From positions 1,024,001-1,088,000 of the forward strand of contig CBDANF010000003.1 of NCBI GenBank assembly GCA_965197475.1: DNA of 64,000 nt. Direction: 5' to 3'. Of this stretch, positions 39,921 through 49,684 are shown one piece after another. How positions within the stretch are numbered: position 1 is the stretch's first letter; every line of letters begins with the position of its first letter. Source of the DNA: Candidatus Poribacteria bacterium. Lineage in GTDB: Bacteria > Poribacteria > WGA-4E > WGA-3G. The position numbers and the translations under genes are program-made. Under the pieces are notes generated by a model, which worked only from the letters and a program-made list of their open reading frames with translations, ran no database searches and was not told where the DNA came from.

Positions 39921-41729
39921 ATGTTGTTTCTCTCTTTGCGCGGTAAATTTTGATACATTATCACCCCACTAATAATTGCTATGAATAGAAAAATTAATCC
40001 GGTTCCGGTAAAACCTAATAGGAGTTTGCCAAAAGCGAATAAAGTAGAATAGACAAAAATCACACCGTTAACCCAATCAAGTAAAGCAGGTGTACCACTC
40101 GTAAACTCTCTTGCATGAGTAAGTTTTGTATTGTCTATCGTATCAACGTTTGTAAGTTCTTCTTTTATTAATTTAACAATGGGTTTCCACCCTTTCACAC
40201 CGGGGTGCACCCTTTGATAGAAAGCGATTAGCTTTTCTTTTGAAACAGGAGTTCGTTAAAAATGTAACGAACAACCAAATATATGTAGAACTTGGTACAA
40301 TAATCAGCATTTTGAGTGCGAAGTCATCTTTCGTTGCAGGGTGTAAAAACACAACGATTGAAACAACTAACGCTGCAAACATCGCTGAAATCTCGGACCA
40401 TGCGTTAATTCGCCACCAGTACCAGCGAAGAATTTGCACAAGTCCGATGCCAGCATTTATTGCAATTAGAAATTTCCATGCTTCAGCAATGGAATTCATG
40501 AATAGGCTTGTAACACCTGCAATTAGCATGATGAGTATTACCGAAATGCGCGAGACAGTAACATAATGTCCAGGTGTTGCTTCAGGTTTAAAAAAGCGTT
40601 TATAAAAATCGTTGACGAGGTAGGATGCTCCCCAGTTCAGATGTGTGTCGATCGTTGACATGAACGCTGCCAAAAACGCAGTGAGCATGAAACCGAGCAG
40701 TCCGACAGGTAGATAGTCAAGCATTAGCATCGGGTAGCCAGCTTCGGCATCCTGCAGTGCGGGGTTGATATGTTCAGGGTCGCCAAGTCCAGGATAAACC
40801 ACCATTGCGACCAATGCAACGAGTATCCACGGCCACGGACGGAGTGTATAGTGAGCGATATTGAACCACAAGGTTGCAAGAAGCGTGTGCCGTTCATTTT
40901 TCGCTGCAAACATCCTTTGTGCAATGTATCCGCTTCCATCTACACCGTTAGATGCCCACCACTGCATTCCGAGATATACACCAAAGGTTATAATAGCCAT
41001 TTTGCCAGCACTGAAATCAGGGGAAAAATTCAGTATATTGTGTTCTGCACCGTAGACATCAACCAATTTCTCTTTCAGCACGCCAATACCGCCTATCTTG
41101 TTAACGGCAATAATGGCGAGTGCAATTGATCCGACCATTGCCATGCCAAACTGCACAAGGTCAGTCATGACAACGCCCCAAAACCCAGACAACGCGCAGT
41201 ATATACCTGCGATTAGGAGGCATCCTAAAACAACGACTACTTTTGTATATGCAGTATCAGGTAAGTTGAAAGTGAGCACAACTATTTTCTGCATCGCAAG
41301 GATAACCCATCCCATTGTAATGCAGTTAATTGGCAAACCAATATAGAGGGCACGGAAGCCGCGCAGGAAACTTGCAGAAGGTCCCGAGTAACGGAGTTCA
41401 GTAAATTCAACATCAGTTATAATTTCGGAACGCCGCCACAATCGAGAAAAGAGAAATGTTGCTAACATTCCGCTCAAAACTGCGTTCCACCATAACCAAT
41501 TACCTGCTATTCCGTCTTTGACGACAATTCCAGTGACCGCAAGTGGTGTGTCGGCTGCGAATGTAGTCGCGACCATAGAGGTGCCAGCTAACCACCACGG
41601 GAGATTGCGTCCGGATACAAAAAATTCGTTGATATTTTTCCCTGCTCGTTTAGAAAAATAGATTCCGAGTCCGAGTGCAAAAATAATATAACCGATAACA
41701 ATTGCCCAATCAATAGGTGAAATATTCAT
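39917..41729 (-). CDS. Sodium:solute symporter with a +1 frameshift near 40252 (about 603 aa if corrected)
   Basis: LPWWLAGTSMVATTFAADTP, AAFMSTIDTHLNWG; the frame continues TPVSKEKLIAFYQRVHPGVKGW into ORF 39917-40210. Confidence 0.88.
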
Positions 41730-41905
41730 TTGGTTTCCTCCAAAGTCCTTAGATTTAATTTATCTTAATACACCGTTAAAATCAAGGAAAAACTCTGAAT
41801 TTCATTTGCAGGAACGAAGGAAAAGATGGTAAACTTAAGTGGTAGACTTAAAAGGTTAATGAATCCCTATTAGGGAGAATAAATTTTACAAAGGAGTATC
41901 GCAAA

Positions 41906-42697
41906 ATGAAACGCAGTATTTTAATTCTCGTATATTTGTTTTTGACATTTCAAATGAGCAGTTTGTCCGCTGATGTTTTGGATCCGGACCTTGTGCTATA
42001 TTTTGATTATGAAGAGTTTACGGGAGATAAGGTGGTCGAAAAATCAGGACGTGGTTACGATGGCAAAATCAATGGAAAAGTGACACAATCTAACGATGGA
42101 AAGTTTGGTAAAGCAGCACATTTTGACTCAGGTAGTTTTCTCGATTTAGACGGTCCTAACATCAACCCTGACGATATTCCCACGGAGGGAATGAGCGTTG
42201 TCGCGTGGATTAACGTTGAAGCTATTGCGGACATGGCGATTTTCAACGCGCTCGCAGGAGATGAGACGTGGCTTGTGCACCCTGAGGCTCGTGGTGATGG
42301 TAATTATCGTTGGCTAAATCGGAGTTCAGATATGACAACAATATTCGATATAAAAGCAGGTAAAAACATTGCCAACGGATGGGTACATTATGCTGGCACG
42401 TTCAGCCGCGAAGAAAGAATGGCTTTCCTCTATATCAACGGTGTCAAAGTTGGTGAGGAAAAGGCACGCGTGGGAACCCCTATTGCCCCAGATTGGGATT
42501 TAGGAGCCCGCGTCGGCTATAACATTGACAATATGCGTCCCTTCAACGGCCTCATGGATGAGCTAAACGTTTGGAAGCGCGGGTTAACGCAAGCGGAAGT
42601 AGAATCTATTATGAATAACGGTATCACTGAATTTCTTGCTGTTGAAGCGCGCGGTAAATTGACAACAACGTGGGGAAGATTGAAAGTTTCGCAGTAA
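41906..42697 (+). CDS. Secreted LamG-like jellyroll protein with Poribacteria-type C-terminal tail
   Basis: Signal peptide, DGKFGKA, WVHYAGTF, FNGLMDE, AVEARGKLTTTWGRLK. Confidence 0.88.
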   Translation: MKRSILILVYLFLTFQMSSLSADVLDPDLVLYFDYEEFTGDKVVEKSGRGYDGKINGKVTQSNDGKFGKAAHFDSGSFLDLDGPNINPDDIPTEGMSVVAWINVEAIADMAIFNALAGDETWLVHPEARGDGNYRWLNRSSDMTTIFDIKAGKNIANGWVHYAGTFSREERMAFLYINGVKVGEEKARVGTPIAPDWDLGARVGYNIDNMRPFNGLMDELNVWKRGLTQAEVESIMNNGITEFLAVEARGKLTTTWGRLKVSQ

Positions 42698-42720
42698 TAA
42701 TTTTCTGTAGACAGAAACCA

Positions 42721-42746
42721 TGTAGGCGCGCTTTGTAAGCGCGCTG
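42721..42746. repeat. GTAG-type REP hairpin (related copies at 45975-45998 and 63230-63256)
   Basis: gtag-gcgcgctt-tgt-aagcgcgc; inverted copy ggcgcgcttagaaagcgcgtctac. Confidence 0.65.
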
Positions 42747-42787
42747 TTAAAAAGTGTCCAAGTAATTGTATGCTTTACTATAAAAGA

Positions 42788-43201
42788 TACTATAGTTTGG
42801 ACACTTTCATCCTGTCAGGACTTCCGACCAGGTGTTAAATATGGTTTGTCCGCACTCTTGCATCTCTGAATTCTGTTGGAAATCACTTTATTTTAGAGAT
42901 TATTTGAAATAATCGTAAAAAAGATGTAAATTCGATCAGTTTCAGGTAGAGTCTTCAAGTATCTTCCGATTTTTCTTTGAGTATTGTCTCGGATCGTAAC
43001 TCGCAGAAAAATATTCTTGAAAGTGTGAAAATGGTTGAAATTGTTATGCTTGAAGAGAGATTTAAAATCTGATAACATATCTTCTAAGTGGAAAAGAGGA
43101 TCCATTGTCCAACATCCTTTCAAAATGTTGTTTATTATGAAAGGATATCCTCTTTTCTGCTTTTTGTCTCTAAAAATATTAAAATTGTCCAAACTATAGT
43201 A
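42788..43201 (-). mobile_element. Internally deleted IS remnant with 16-bp TIRs
   Basis: tactatagtttggaca / tgtccaaactatagta; contains short ORF MDPLFHLEDMLSDFKSLFKHNNFNHF (from 43105) resembling a transposase N-terminus. Confidence 0.6.
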
Positions 43202-43257
43202 CAATATAGGAAACAGCAAAACACACAGAGTCGTACACCATAAAGGAAAAGGGATGC

Positions 43258-43646
43258 ATGAATCCGTTGACGCTGGAATGGATAGAGAAGGCTGTAGAAC
43301 ATTATAGCGCAGCAAAGCGGCTTCTGCAATCGCCAAACCCTATTCATAACTCTATCTGCTTCCACGTTCAGTAGTGTATTGAAAGTATCTAAAGCCTAGC
43401 TGCAAGAGGTAAACATATCCTTTTCAAAAACGCACGATCTTGAAGAATTGCTGAAACTTATTGCACCGACAATACCCTCATGGAACTTGTAGCAGCCACA
43501 CCTTCAAGATAATAACAACGTACGCAGTGGAATCCCGTTATCCTGGTGATTCTGCGACAGCTGATAATACACAACATGCAATGTACATCTGTGATGAGGT
43601 GCACCAAGTCGTTCGCTTGCAGTTGAACTTCGCGATACCAAATTGA
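43258..43646 (+). pseudogene. HEPN-domain (MNT-HEPN type) pseudogene
   Basis: MNPLTLEWIEKA..ICFHVQ*CIE..KTHDLEELL..YAVESRYPG with several stops and frameshifts. Confidence 0.85.
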
Positions 43647-43715
43647 GGATCAATACGAAACCCTTTGACCCTATAAAATCGATGTTGTGCATCAAAAAGG
43701 TTACAATAGAAACAG

Positions 43716-44435
43716 ATGCCTAAAAACCTTCAATTCTTCATCACGCTATTACTCATATTTATATTAACACCATTGCTTCATGCTGCGCCGTTAAAAACGC
43801 TTTCCTTAGATTTTAAGCGCGAATTAACTGAAAACGGCAAAACAGAACACATCGCAGGTATACTTCACTACGATGTCAAAGCTGCGCGAGTTGTCGTTGA
43901 GGTTACCAAACCGGTCAAGCAAATAATAGTCGTGAAGAACAATGTGTTAGAGATTTACTATCCTGTGGAGAAACAAGCGTTCCGTTTTATCTCTGAAGGA
44001 CGGATTCCACTTCCGTTTGTCGAATCCATCATTCAGACCACACAAGCGGAGTACGGATTGACTGCAATTGGATATACGCTTGGTCAGCACGATGTCGTTG
44101 ACAAAGTGCTTTATACCTATTGGAAACCACCTGAAAAAGCCAAAGAACAGCTCGGAACTATCATCCTGGGGATGCGCGATGACAAGCTCATCTCTGCCGA
44201 AGTTAAGAACCCTAAAGGACATATTATCGCAAGATCTTTGTATCAGAACCACAGCAAATTCGGTATTAACTATATCCCAATGGAAATTACATCCAGTACG
44301 TATGGCACGAAATCTGAGGTTCTCCAACATGAAAAAATTGTCTATAGCAACCCACACGTGAACGTTGAACCACTAAATCCAATTTTTAATTTCACAATAC
44401 CGGAATCAGTAGAGGTGAAGGAAATCAAATGGTAA
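43716..44435 (+). CDS. Exported LolA-like protein
   Basis: Signal peptide; beta-rich; LEIYYPVEKQAF; C-terminal FNFTIPESVEV. Confidence 0.6.
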   Translation: MPKNLQFFITLLLIFILTPLLHAAPLKTLSLDFKRELTENGKTEHIAGILHYDVKAARVVVEVTKPVKQIIVVKNNVLEIYYPVEKQAFRFISEGRIPLPFVESIIQTTQAEYGLTAIGYTLGQHDVVDKVLYTYWKPPEKAKEQLGTIILGMRDDKLISAEVKNPKGHIIARSLYQNHSKFGINYIPMEITSSTYGTKSEVLQHEKIVYSNPHVNVEPLNPIFNFTIPESVEVKEIKW

Positions 44436-44869
44436 ATTATACTGTCTTTCGTAATAAATTTATGTTTTTCTGTACTATCTGTTTAACCGTTGTTATCCTC
44501 TCCACATCTTCCTACGCAGATGAAGCCACTGATCTCGCCTTTATCCGTGAAGTTAATCCCATCACAAAGGAAAAACGAGAAGAAGTTATCCGATTTAATC
44601 CACAGGAAACCTCAGAGTTGAAATTCGCCGCTACGGGATTGATTCGTCTGTATCAAAAATTCATCTCCAGCCAAGATGGACCAACCTGCAATTTTACACC
44701 CACCTGTTCACGTTTCGGTATGGCATGTATACAGGAATACGGCATATTGCGCGGCATACTCCTCACCGCAGACAGACTCCTCCGATGTAACGGTTCGCAA
44801 TCAACGCTCTACCATAAAGACACAAGGACAAGCAAGTACATAGACCCAATTTCAAATTATGCGAAATAA
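44429..44869 (+). CDS. yidD: YidD-family protein with N-terminal signal-like extension
   Basis: LIRLYQKFISSQDGPTCNFTPTCS..G..RGILLTADRLLRC. Confidence 0.8.
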   Translation: MVNYTVFRNKFMFFCTICLTVVILSTSSYADEATDLAFIREVNPITKEKREEVIRFNPQETSELKFAATGLIRLYQKFISSQDGPTCNFTPTCSRFGMACIQEYGILRGILLTADRLLRCNGSQSTLYHKDTRTSKYIDPISNYAK

Positions 44870-45743
44870 TAAGATATGCGGATACTTACTCATAATAATC
44901 CTCAATATTGCGTTCCTATCCGTTGTCAATGCCGAAGAGTCGATAGACTACTACAGTCCTGAAAACGTCCTCAAATTTGCCGATTTTCTATATGAGCAGG
45001 GGGACTACCTTCGCGCCGCGGGTGAATATCAACGCTATCTTTTTTATCAACCGCAAGAACGCGAGAAAATTCGTTATAGAATTGCTCTCTGTTTTCGTTT
45101 AGGTGGAAAAACAGAACAAGCAATCCGGACGTTTGAAACGTTTCTGCGGAGTTCTTCGGATAGCAAATTGGCGAGTAGTGCTATTTATCAGATCGGCGTT
45201 TCCTATTTCCTCATGGAACAGTTCGGAAAATCGGCAAAATATCTTGACGTATCGCTACCGCGCATAGTAGATGTTCGATATCGTGCCGAATCGCAACAAC
45301 TGATTGGTCTCTCGTATTTGATGCAAAAACAGTGGCTTGAAGCAGAAAAGATATTCAATGACTTAAAAAAATCGGATGTGTTGGTAATAAGGGAAAAAGC
45401 AGCAGTGTATAGCAAATATGCTGTACAGGGAACGAAACTAACGACTCGTAGCCCGTTTTTAGCAGGTTTTCTGTCTACGGTTGTGCCCGGAGCTGGACGG
45501 CTTTATACCGGCCGTGTCAGCGATGCGCTAACTTCTCTGTTCACCGTAGGTTTAACAGGTTGGCAAGCTTACGACGGTTTTCGTAGAGATGGACTTTCAT
45601 CAGTGAAGGGATGGACACTCAGTACGCTCGGTGGTATCTTCTATCTGGGTAATATTTACGGCTCCGTAATTTCTGCACGGGTCTATAATCGCCACGTAGC
45701 GGAAGAATTTTTGATGACGTTGTCCATAGAGTTCCCATATTGA
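44859..45743 (+). CDS. TPR protein with C-terminal TM2-like membrane segment
   Basis: TPR helices followed by RSPFLAGFLSTVVPGAGRLYTG. Confidence 0.72.
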   Translation: MRNNKICGYLLIIILNIAFLSVVNAEESIDYYSPENVLKFADFLYEQGDYLRAAGEYQRYLFYQPQEREKIRYRIALCFRLGGKTEQAIRTFETFLRSSSDSKLASSAIYQIGVSYFLMEQFGKSAKYLDVSLPRIVDVRYRAESQQLIGLSYLMQKQWLEAEKIFNDLKKSDVLVIREKAAVYSKYAVQGTKLTTRSPFLAGFLSTVVPGAGRLYTGRVSDALTSLFTVGLTGWQAYDGFRRDGLSSVKGWTLSTLGGIFYLGNIYGSVISARVYNRHVAEEFLMTLSIEFPY

Positions 45744-45796
45744 TCCAGCCATCATACCAACCCGATAGAAATAAATGAAGTGTATCTTGAATTCTA

Positions 45797-45917
45797 TAAG
45801 GTCATTTAATTTTTCGAAAATTTAGATTTTCGGTTTAAGACCCTCCGTTGTAGGAGCGACCTCTCGGTCGCGACTTTTCGTCTAAAATGGGTAAAAACCC
45901 TAAACTAAATAGCCCTA
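45797..45917. mobile_element. 121-bp MITE with central GTAG-REP hairpin
   Basis: Imperfect TIRs taaggtcatttaattt / aaactaaatagcccta; gaattcta on both flanks; homologous to 63769-63890. Confidence 0.6.
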
Positions 45918-46236
45918 CGAATTCTATTAGGCTATTTATAGTTGATTTTACAATCTAATGATACGCGGATGATCGGCGCGCTTAGAAAGCGCGTCTACAA
46001 GTTTGATCCACAAAAAATTCGGGCTTACAAGATTTCCCTCCACAAGAGTACTGAGCAACAATTGAATAGCTCTGACAAGTTCAACAGTGGAGGCGATTTC
46101 CGATCAAGCTTCCGAGCTAAAAACGGCAGATGCTGTTTTTCTGAACAAATTCAGCACTTATTTGCCTAATATAACAACTGAAATTGCTTGATTGAATATT
46201 CTAATCCAAAGTTCCAATGCGTAATGAGGAAAAACT

Positions 46237-48384
46237 ATGAAACATAAATACAACATGATTATATCCGTTTTAGTCCTGATATTATCATCAGTAGTTGTCA
46301 TAAACACTTGGACACAAGACACGCTTTCAAAAGATGAAAAACGGTTTGACCTTGATCAGAATGGCGAGCTTAGCACATCTGAAAAAGATCTCATGGTTAG
46401 AGTTATGAGAATCGAAAATGCAAGAGGTGTCCAATTCACTGAGCGCGAGATTCGTGAAATGCGCAATGGACAAAGTGACCAATCTCGTGGAAGAGGAAGA
46501 ACCACCAGGTCTCGCGGTTCCAGAGAACCCACTGGACCACGACTCAACCCGGATCAGATTCAGTTCAAGGATGGCACAGCAACAATTCCCAACCGTGAGA
46601 CTTTCAAGAAACTCGCTTATCAAGGAACAGAAGTACGCATTGACACCCAACTTATTGGAATTGAATTTGTAAAATTTCAGATTGAGAATACTCAGACCCA
46701 AAACCCACACCTTTATTTTATGAACACAAAGACTCATCGTTCCCATGGCAGTTTCATGCAGGCTGCTGGATTAGGAAGAGGTCAAGGACAGATGCGAGGT
46801 GTGCTTAGCTATCGTCCACTTTCCACGTCACCGAACGGTGAACCGGGAGTCTACACCTTTGAGTTTAATCCGAACGATGCCTACCCATTTACTGAAATTC
46901 AGCGCGTTCACGACTTGCTTGTATCAAAAATGCCTATATTGAAAAATAGATTAGGATATTGCCCGTTATGGGGTGCAATTGGTATTTATAGACGTGAAAA
47001 AGCATTGTATGATGCGGCAGCATTCCCTGTCTATTTCGAAGATGATCTTTACGCTAACATCGGCTACCTCCCACTGAATTCAGCAGAGTCGTTTGGTCGG
47101 TTGCGTGTATTAGAAGCTAACGAACGTACAACACCTCGCGATATCGTCATCTGCAAAACTTTGCCGAACGAGATGCCGAGAGTTGCCGGTATTATTACCG
47201 GTGTACGTCAAACACCGCTTTCACATGTCAACCTTCGTGCTATTCAGGACAAAGTCCCTAACGCATTCATTACCAAAGCGTGGAACAACAGATCGATTGC
47301 ACCGCTCATCGGCAAGTACGTCTACTACAAAGTAAACGCAGATGGTTTTGAAATTAGAGAGGCGACGCAAAAAGAGGTAGAAACCCATTTTGCTGGTTTG
47401 CGTCCAGCGAAAACTCAGAAACCCGAACGTAACCTCTCTGTAAAAGAGATTTTACCACTTGACGACATTGAGTTTGCAGATTCCTCAAGTTTCGGTGTCA
47501 AAACGGCTAATGTGGCTACATTAAGGACATTTGAGTTTCCTGAGGGCACCATACCGAACGGATTTGGAGTGCCATTCTACTTTTACGACGAATTTATGAA
47601 ACATAACAATTTCTATGCCAAGGCTCAGGTGTTACTCAAAGATTCAACGTTCCAGAATTCACATGACACGAAGGAAGCAGAGCTGAAAAAGCTTACGTCG
47701 GAGATCGAGAAGGGAGAGATGCCGGTGTGGATGATGACTGCGCTTTCGGATTTACAAAATTCATTTCCAGAAGGCACTTCTCTCCGATGTCGCTCCAGCA
47801 CCAACAACGAGGATCTCCCCGGCTTTAGTGGTGCAGGTTTATACGATTCCTTCACGCACAATCCAGACGAAGGGCATCTATCGAAATCGATTAAGCAGGT
47901 GTTTGCAAGCCTATGGAATTTCCGGGCTTTTGAGGCGCGAGAATTCTATCGTATCGATCATTTCACTACTGCAATGGGGGTACTTGTCCATCCAAATTTT
48001 GAAAATGAATTGGCAAACGGTGTCGCTGTAACCGATGATGTCGTTTATCAGACTGAAGGAAATTACTATCTCAACACCCAAGTCGGAGAAAACCTTGTGA
48101 CGAACCCTGAGGATCAGTCAGTTCCGGAAGAGATTTTATTGGATTGGTGGGATAACAATAAATATAGGGTTGTGGCAACATCTAATCGGATAACGGACAG
48201 CAACCGGATTCTAACGGACACATACTTACGTGAACTAGCGTTCTATCTTGGCACAATACACAATAAATTCAGTCAGTTGTACGGTAGCGCATCGCAAACG
48301 AAAGACTTTGCTATGGAGATTGAGTTCAAGATTACAAACGATGCTAAGATATCAATTAAGCAGGCAAGACCATGGGCAAGGTGA
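46237..48384 (+). CDS. Secreted PEP/pyruvate-binding (PPDK_N) domain protein
   Basis: N-terminal hydrophobic signal, EF-hand-like DLDQNGELSTSE, FGVKTAN, RSSTNNEDLPGFSGAGLYDS, EIEFK..KQARP; no phospho-His domain. Confidence 0.85.
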   Translation: MKHKYNMIISVLVLILSSVVVINTWTQDTLSKDEKRFDLDQNGELSTSEKDLMVRVMRIENARGVQFTEREIREMRNGQSDQSRGRGRTTRSRGSREPTGPRLNPDQIQFKDGTATIPNRETFKKLAYQGTEVRIDTQLIGIEFVKFQIENTQTQNPHLYFMNTKTHRSHGSFMQAAGLGRGQGQMRGVLSYRPLSTSPNGEPGVYTFEFNPNDAYPFTEIQRVHDLLVSKMPILKNRLGYCPLWGAIGIYRREKALYDAAAFPVYFEDDLYANIGYLPLNSAESFGRLRVLEANERTTPRDIVICKTLPNEMPRVAGIITGVRQTPLSHVNLRAIQDKVPNAFITKAWNNRSIAPLIGKYVYYKVNADGFEIREATQKEVETHFAGLRPAKTQKPERNLSVKEILPLDDIEFADSSSFGVKTANVATLRTFEFPEGTIPNGFGVPFYFYDEFMKHNNFYAKAQVLLKDSTFQNSHDTKEAELKKLTSEIEKGEMPVWMMTALSDLQNSFPEGTSLRCRSSTNNEDLPGFSGAGLYDSFTHNPDEGHLSKSIKQVFASLWNFRAFEAREFYRIDHFTTAMGVLVHPNFENELANGVAVTDDVVYQTEGNYYLNTQVGENLVTNPEDQSVPEEILLDWWDNNKYRVVATSNRITDSNRILTDTYLRELAFYLGTIHNKFSQLYGSASQTKDFAMEIEFKITNDAKISIKQARPWAR

Positions 48385-48462
48385 GTCTACAGTAAGTCCA
48401 TAATGGTTGGGTAGAACGTACACGAAACCCAACAATCCACCAATTGACCTAACACATACAAT

Positions 48463-49503
48463 AGACATTATAACTAATTAGTTGTCCGTTTGGTTAGTCT
48501 CTATTATACTTATTACAATCGGACAATAGGAGGCTAACTCATGATAAGTTTTCAAGAACTAAGGGACAAACCTGATACGCTCCTGTCCCTCACCGGATAT
48601 ACCTTAGAAGATTGGACTGAACTATCACCTTATTTTACTAAATGTTTTTTAGAGTATGTTCAAACACATACCCTTGCAGGAAAACCGCGCAAAAAACGGA
48701 GATATAAACCGTATAAAAATAGTCGTTTTGATACACCTGAAGATATGTTGCTATTTATACTGATTTACCTTCGTGAAGCACCGAAACAAGTGCTATTCGG
48801 TGCGCTCTTTGGCATGTCTCAACCTCTTGCTAATAGATGGATTCACTTGCTTTTATCGATATTGAACAAAGCATTAGCAGAACTTGGAGAGTTGCCATCT
48901 CGGGAAACAGACCCCGCCCCTATATGTGCTCCATCAAAAGTATCAACTCAAAATCAAGAAGGAGAACATTTTTTTCATGATAGCACCGAACGCCCTATAC
49001 GACGCCCAAAAGACCCGTCAACTCAAAAGGCGTATTATAGTGGTAAAAAGAAATGCCATACAGTGAAAAATAATCTGATTATCAATGAGGCCTGCAAAGT
49101 CGTCCTATTGACACCTTCTTTTGAAGGAAGACACCCTGACAAACACATAGCCGATATGGTGGGCTATTGTGTGCCACAGGGTAGCACATTGTCCCAAGAT
49201 ACCGGTTTTCAGGGTTTCACCCTCCCGGATATAAACATCATTCAACCGAAGAAAAAACCGAGAGGTAGAGAACGGACGAATGAAGAAAAAGAAAACAATA
49301 GAAAGATAGCGTCTATACGCATACGCGTTGAACATGCGATTAGTGGTGTCAAAAGATGCCGCATTGTCAAAGATAAACTCAGGAATTGGAAGAAAGGGTT
49401 TTGTGATTTAGTTATGGAAACTTGTTGTGGTTTACACAACTTCCGACTAAACTTTAGACCCTGGCGTTATGAAACTCCTGTTATTTAAATCATTATAATG
49501 TCT
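48463..49503 (+). mobile_element. IS5-family (ISL2-group) insertion sequence, 1041 bp
   Basis: TIRs agacattataa / ttataatgtct with AAT target duplication on both sides. Confidence 0.88.
48541..49488 (+). CDS. DDE_Tnp_4 transposase
   Basis: HTH region, DSTERPIRRP, YYSGKKKCHTVK, DTGFQG, RIRVEHAI. Confidence 0.93.
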   Translation: MISFQELRDKPDTLLSLTGYTLEDWTELSPYFTKCFLEYVQTHTLAGKPRKKRRYKPYKNSRFDTPEDMLLFILIYLREAPKQVLFGALFGMSQPLANRWIHLLLSILNKALAELGELPSRETDPAPICAPSKVSTQNQEGEHFFHDSTERPIRRPKDPSTQKAYYSGKKKCHTVKNNLIINEACKVVLLTPSFEGRHPDKHIADMVGYCVPQGSTLSQDTGFQGFTLPDINIIQPKKKPRGRERTNEEKENNRKIASIRIRVEHAISGVKRCRIVKDKLRNWKKGFCDLVMETCCGLHNFRLNFRPWRYETPVI

Positions 49504-49591
49504 AATACACCAAAATCCGCGTAATCTGTGTAATCCGTCTAATCAGCGATTCAGAAGGCAAACAATTTACATATCCTAAAAATAGTTTACC

Positions 49592-49620
49592 TTGAATACC
49601 TACCCGAAATCTGTTATAAT
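49592..49620 (+). promoter_or_regulatory. Sigma70 promoter
   Basis: TTGAAT-17-TATAAT with extended TG. Confidence 0.65.
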
Positions 49621-49684
49621 TTACCTTATTCCAAACACAGTCTCTAAAAACACCATATCGCAAGTACTTAAATTTTTATTTTTA

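Noticed and set aside
45942-46169. 75-aa ORF upstream of the PPDK_N gene
   Set aside because: Overlaps a REP, has no RBS and no recognisable motif.
49511-49556. 9-mer-like repeats aatccgcgt/aatctgtgt/aatccgtct
   Set aside because: Short intergenic repeat with no assignable function from this window.
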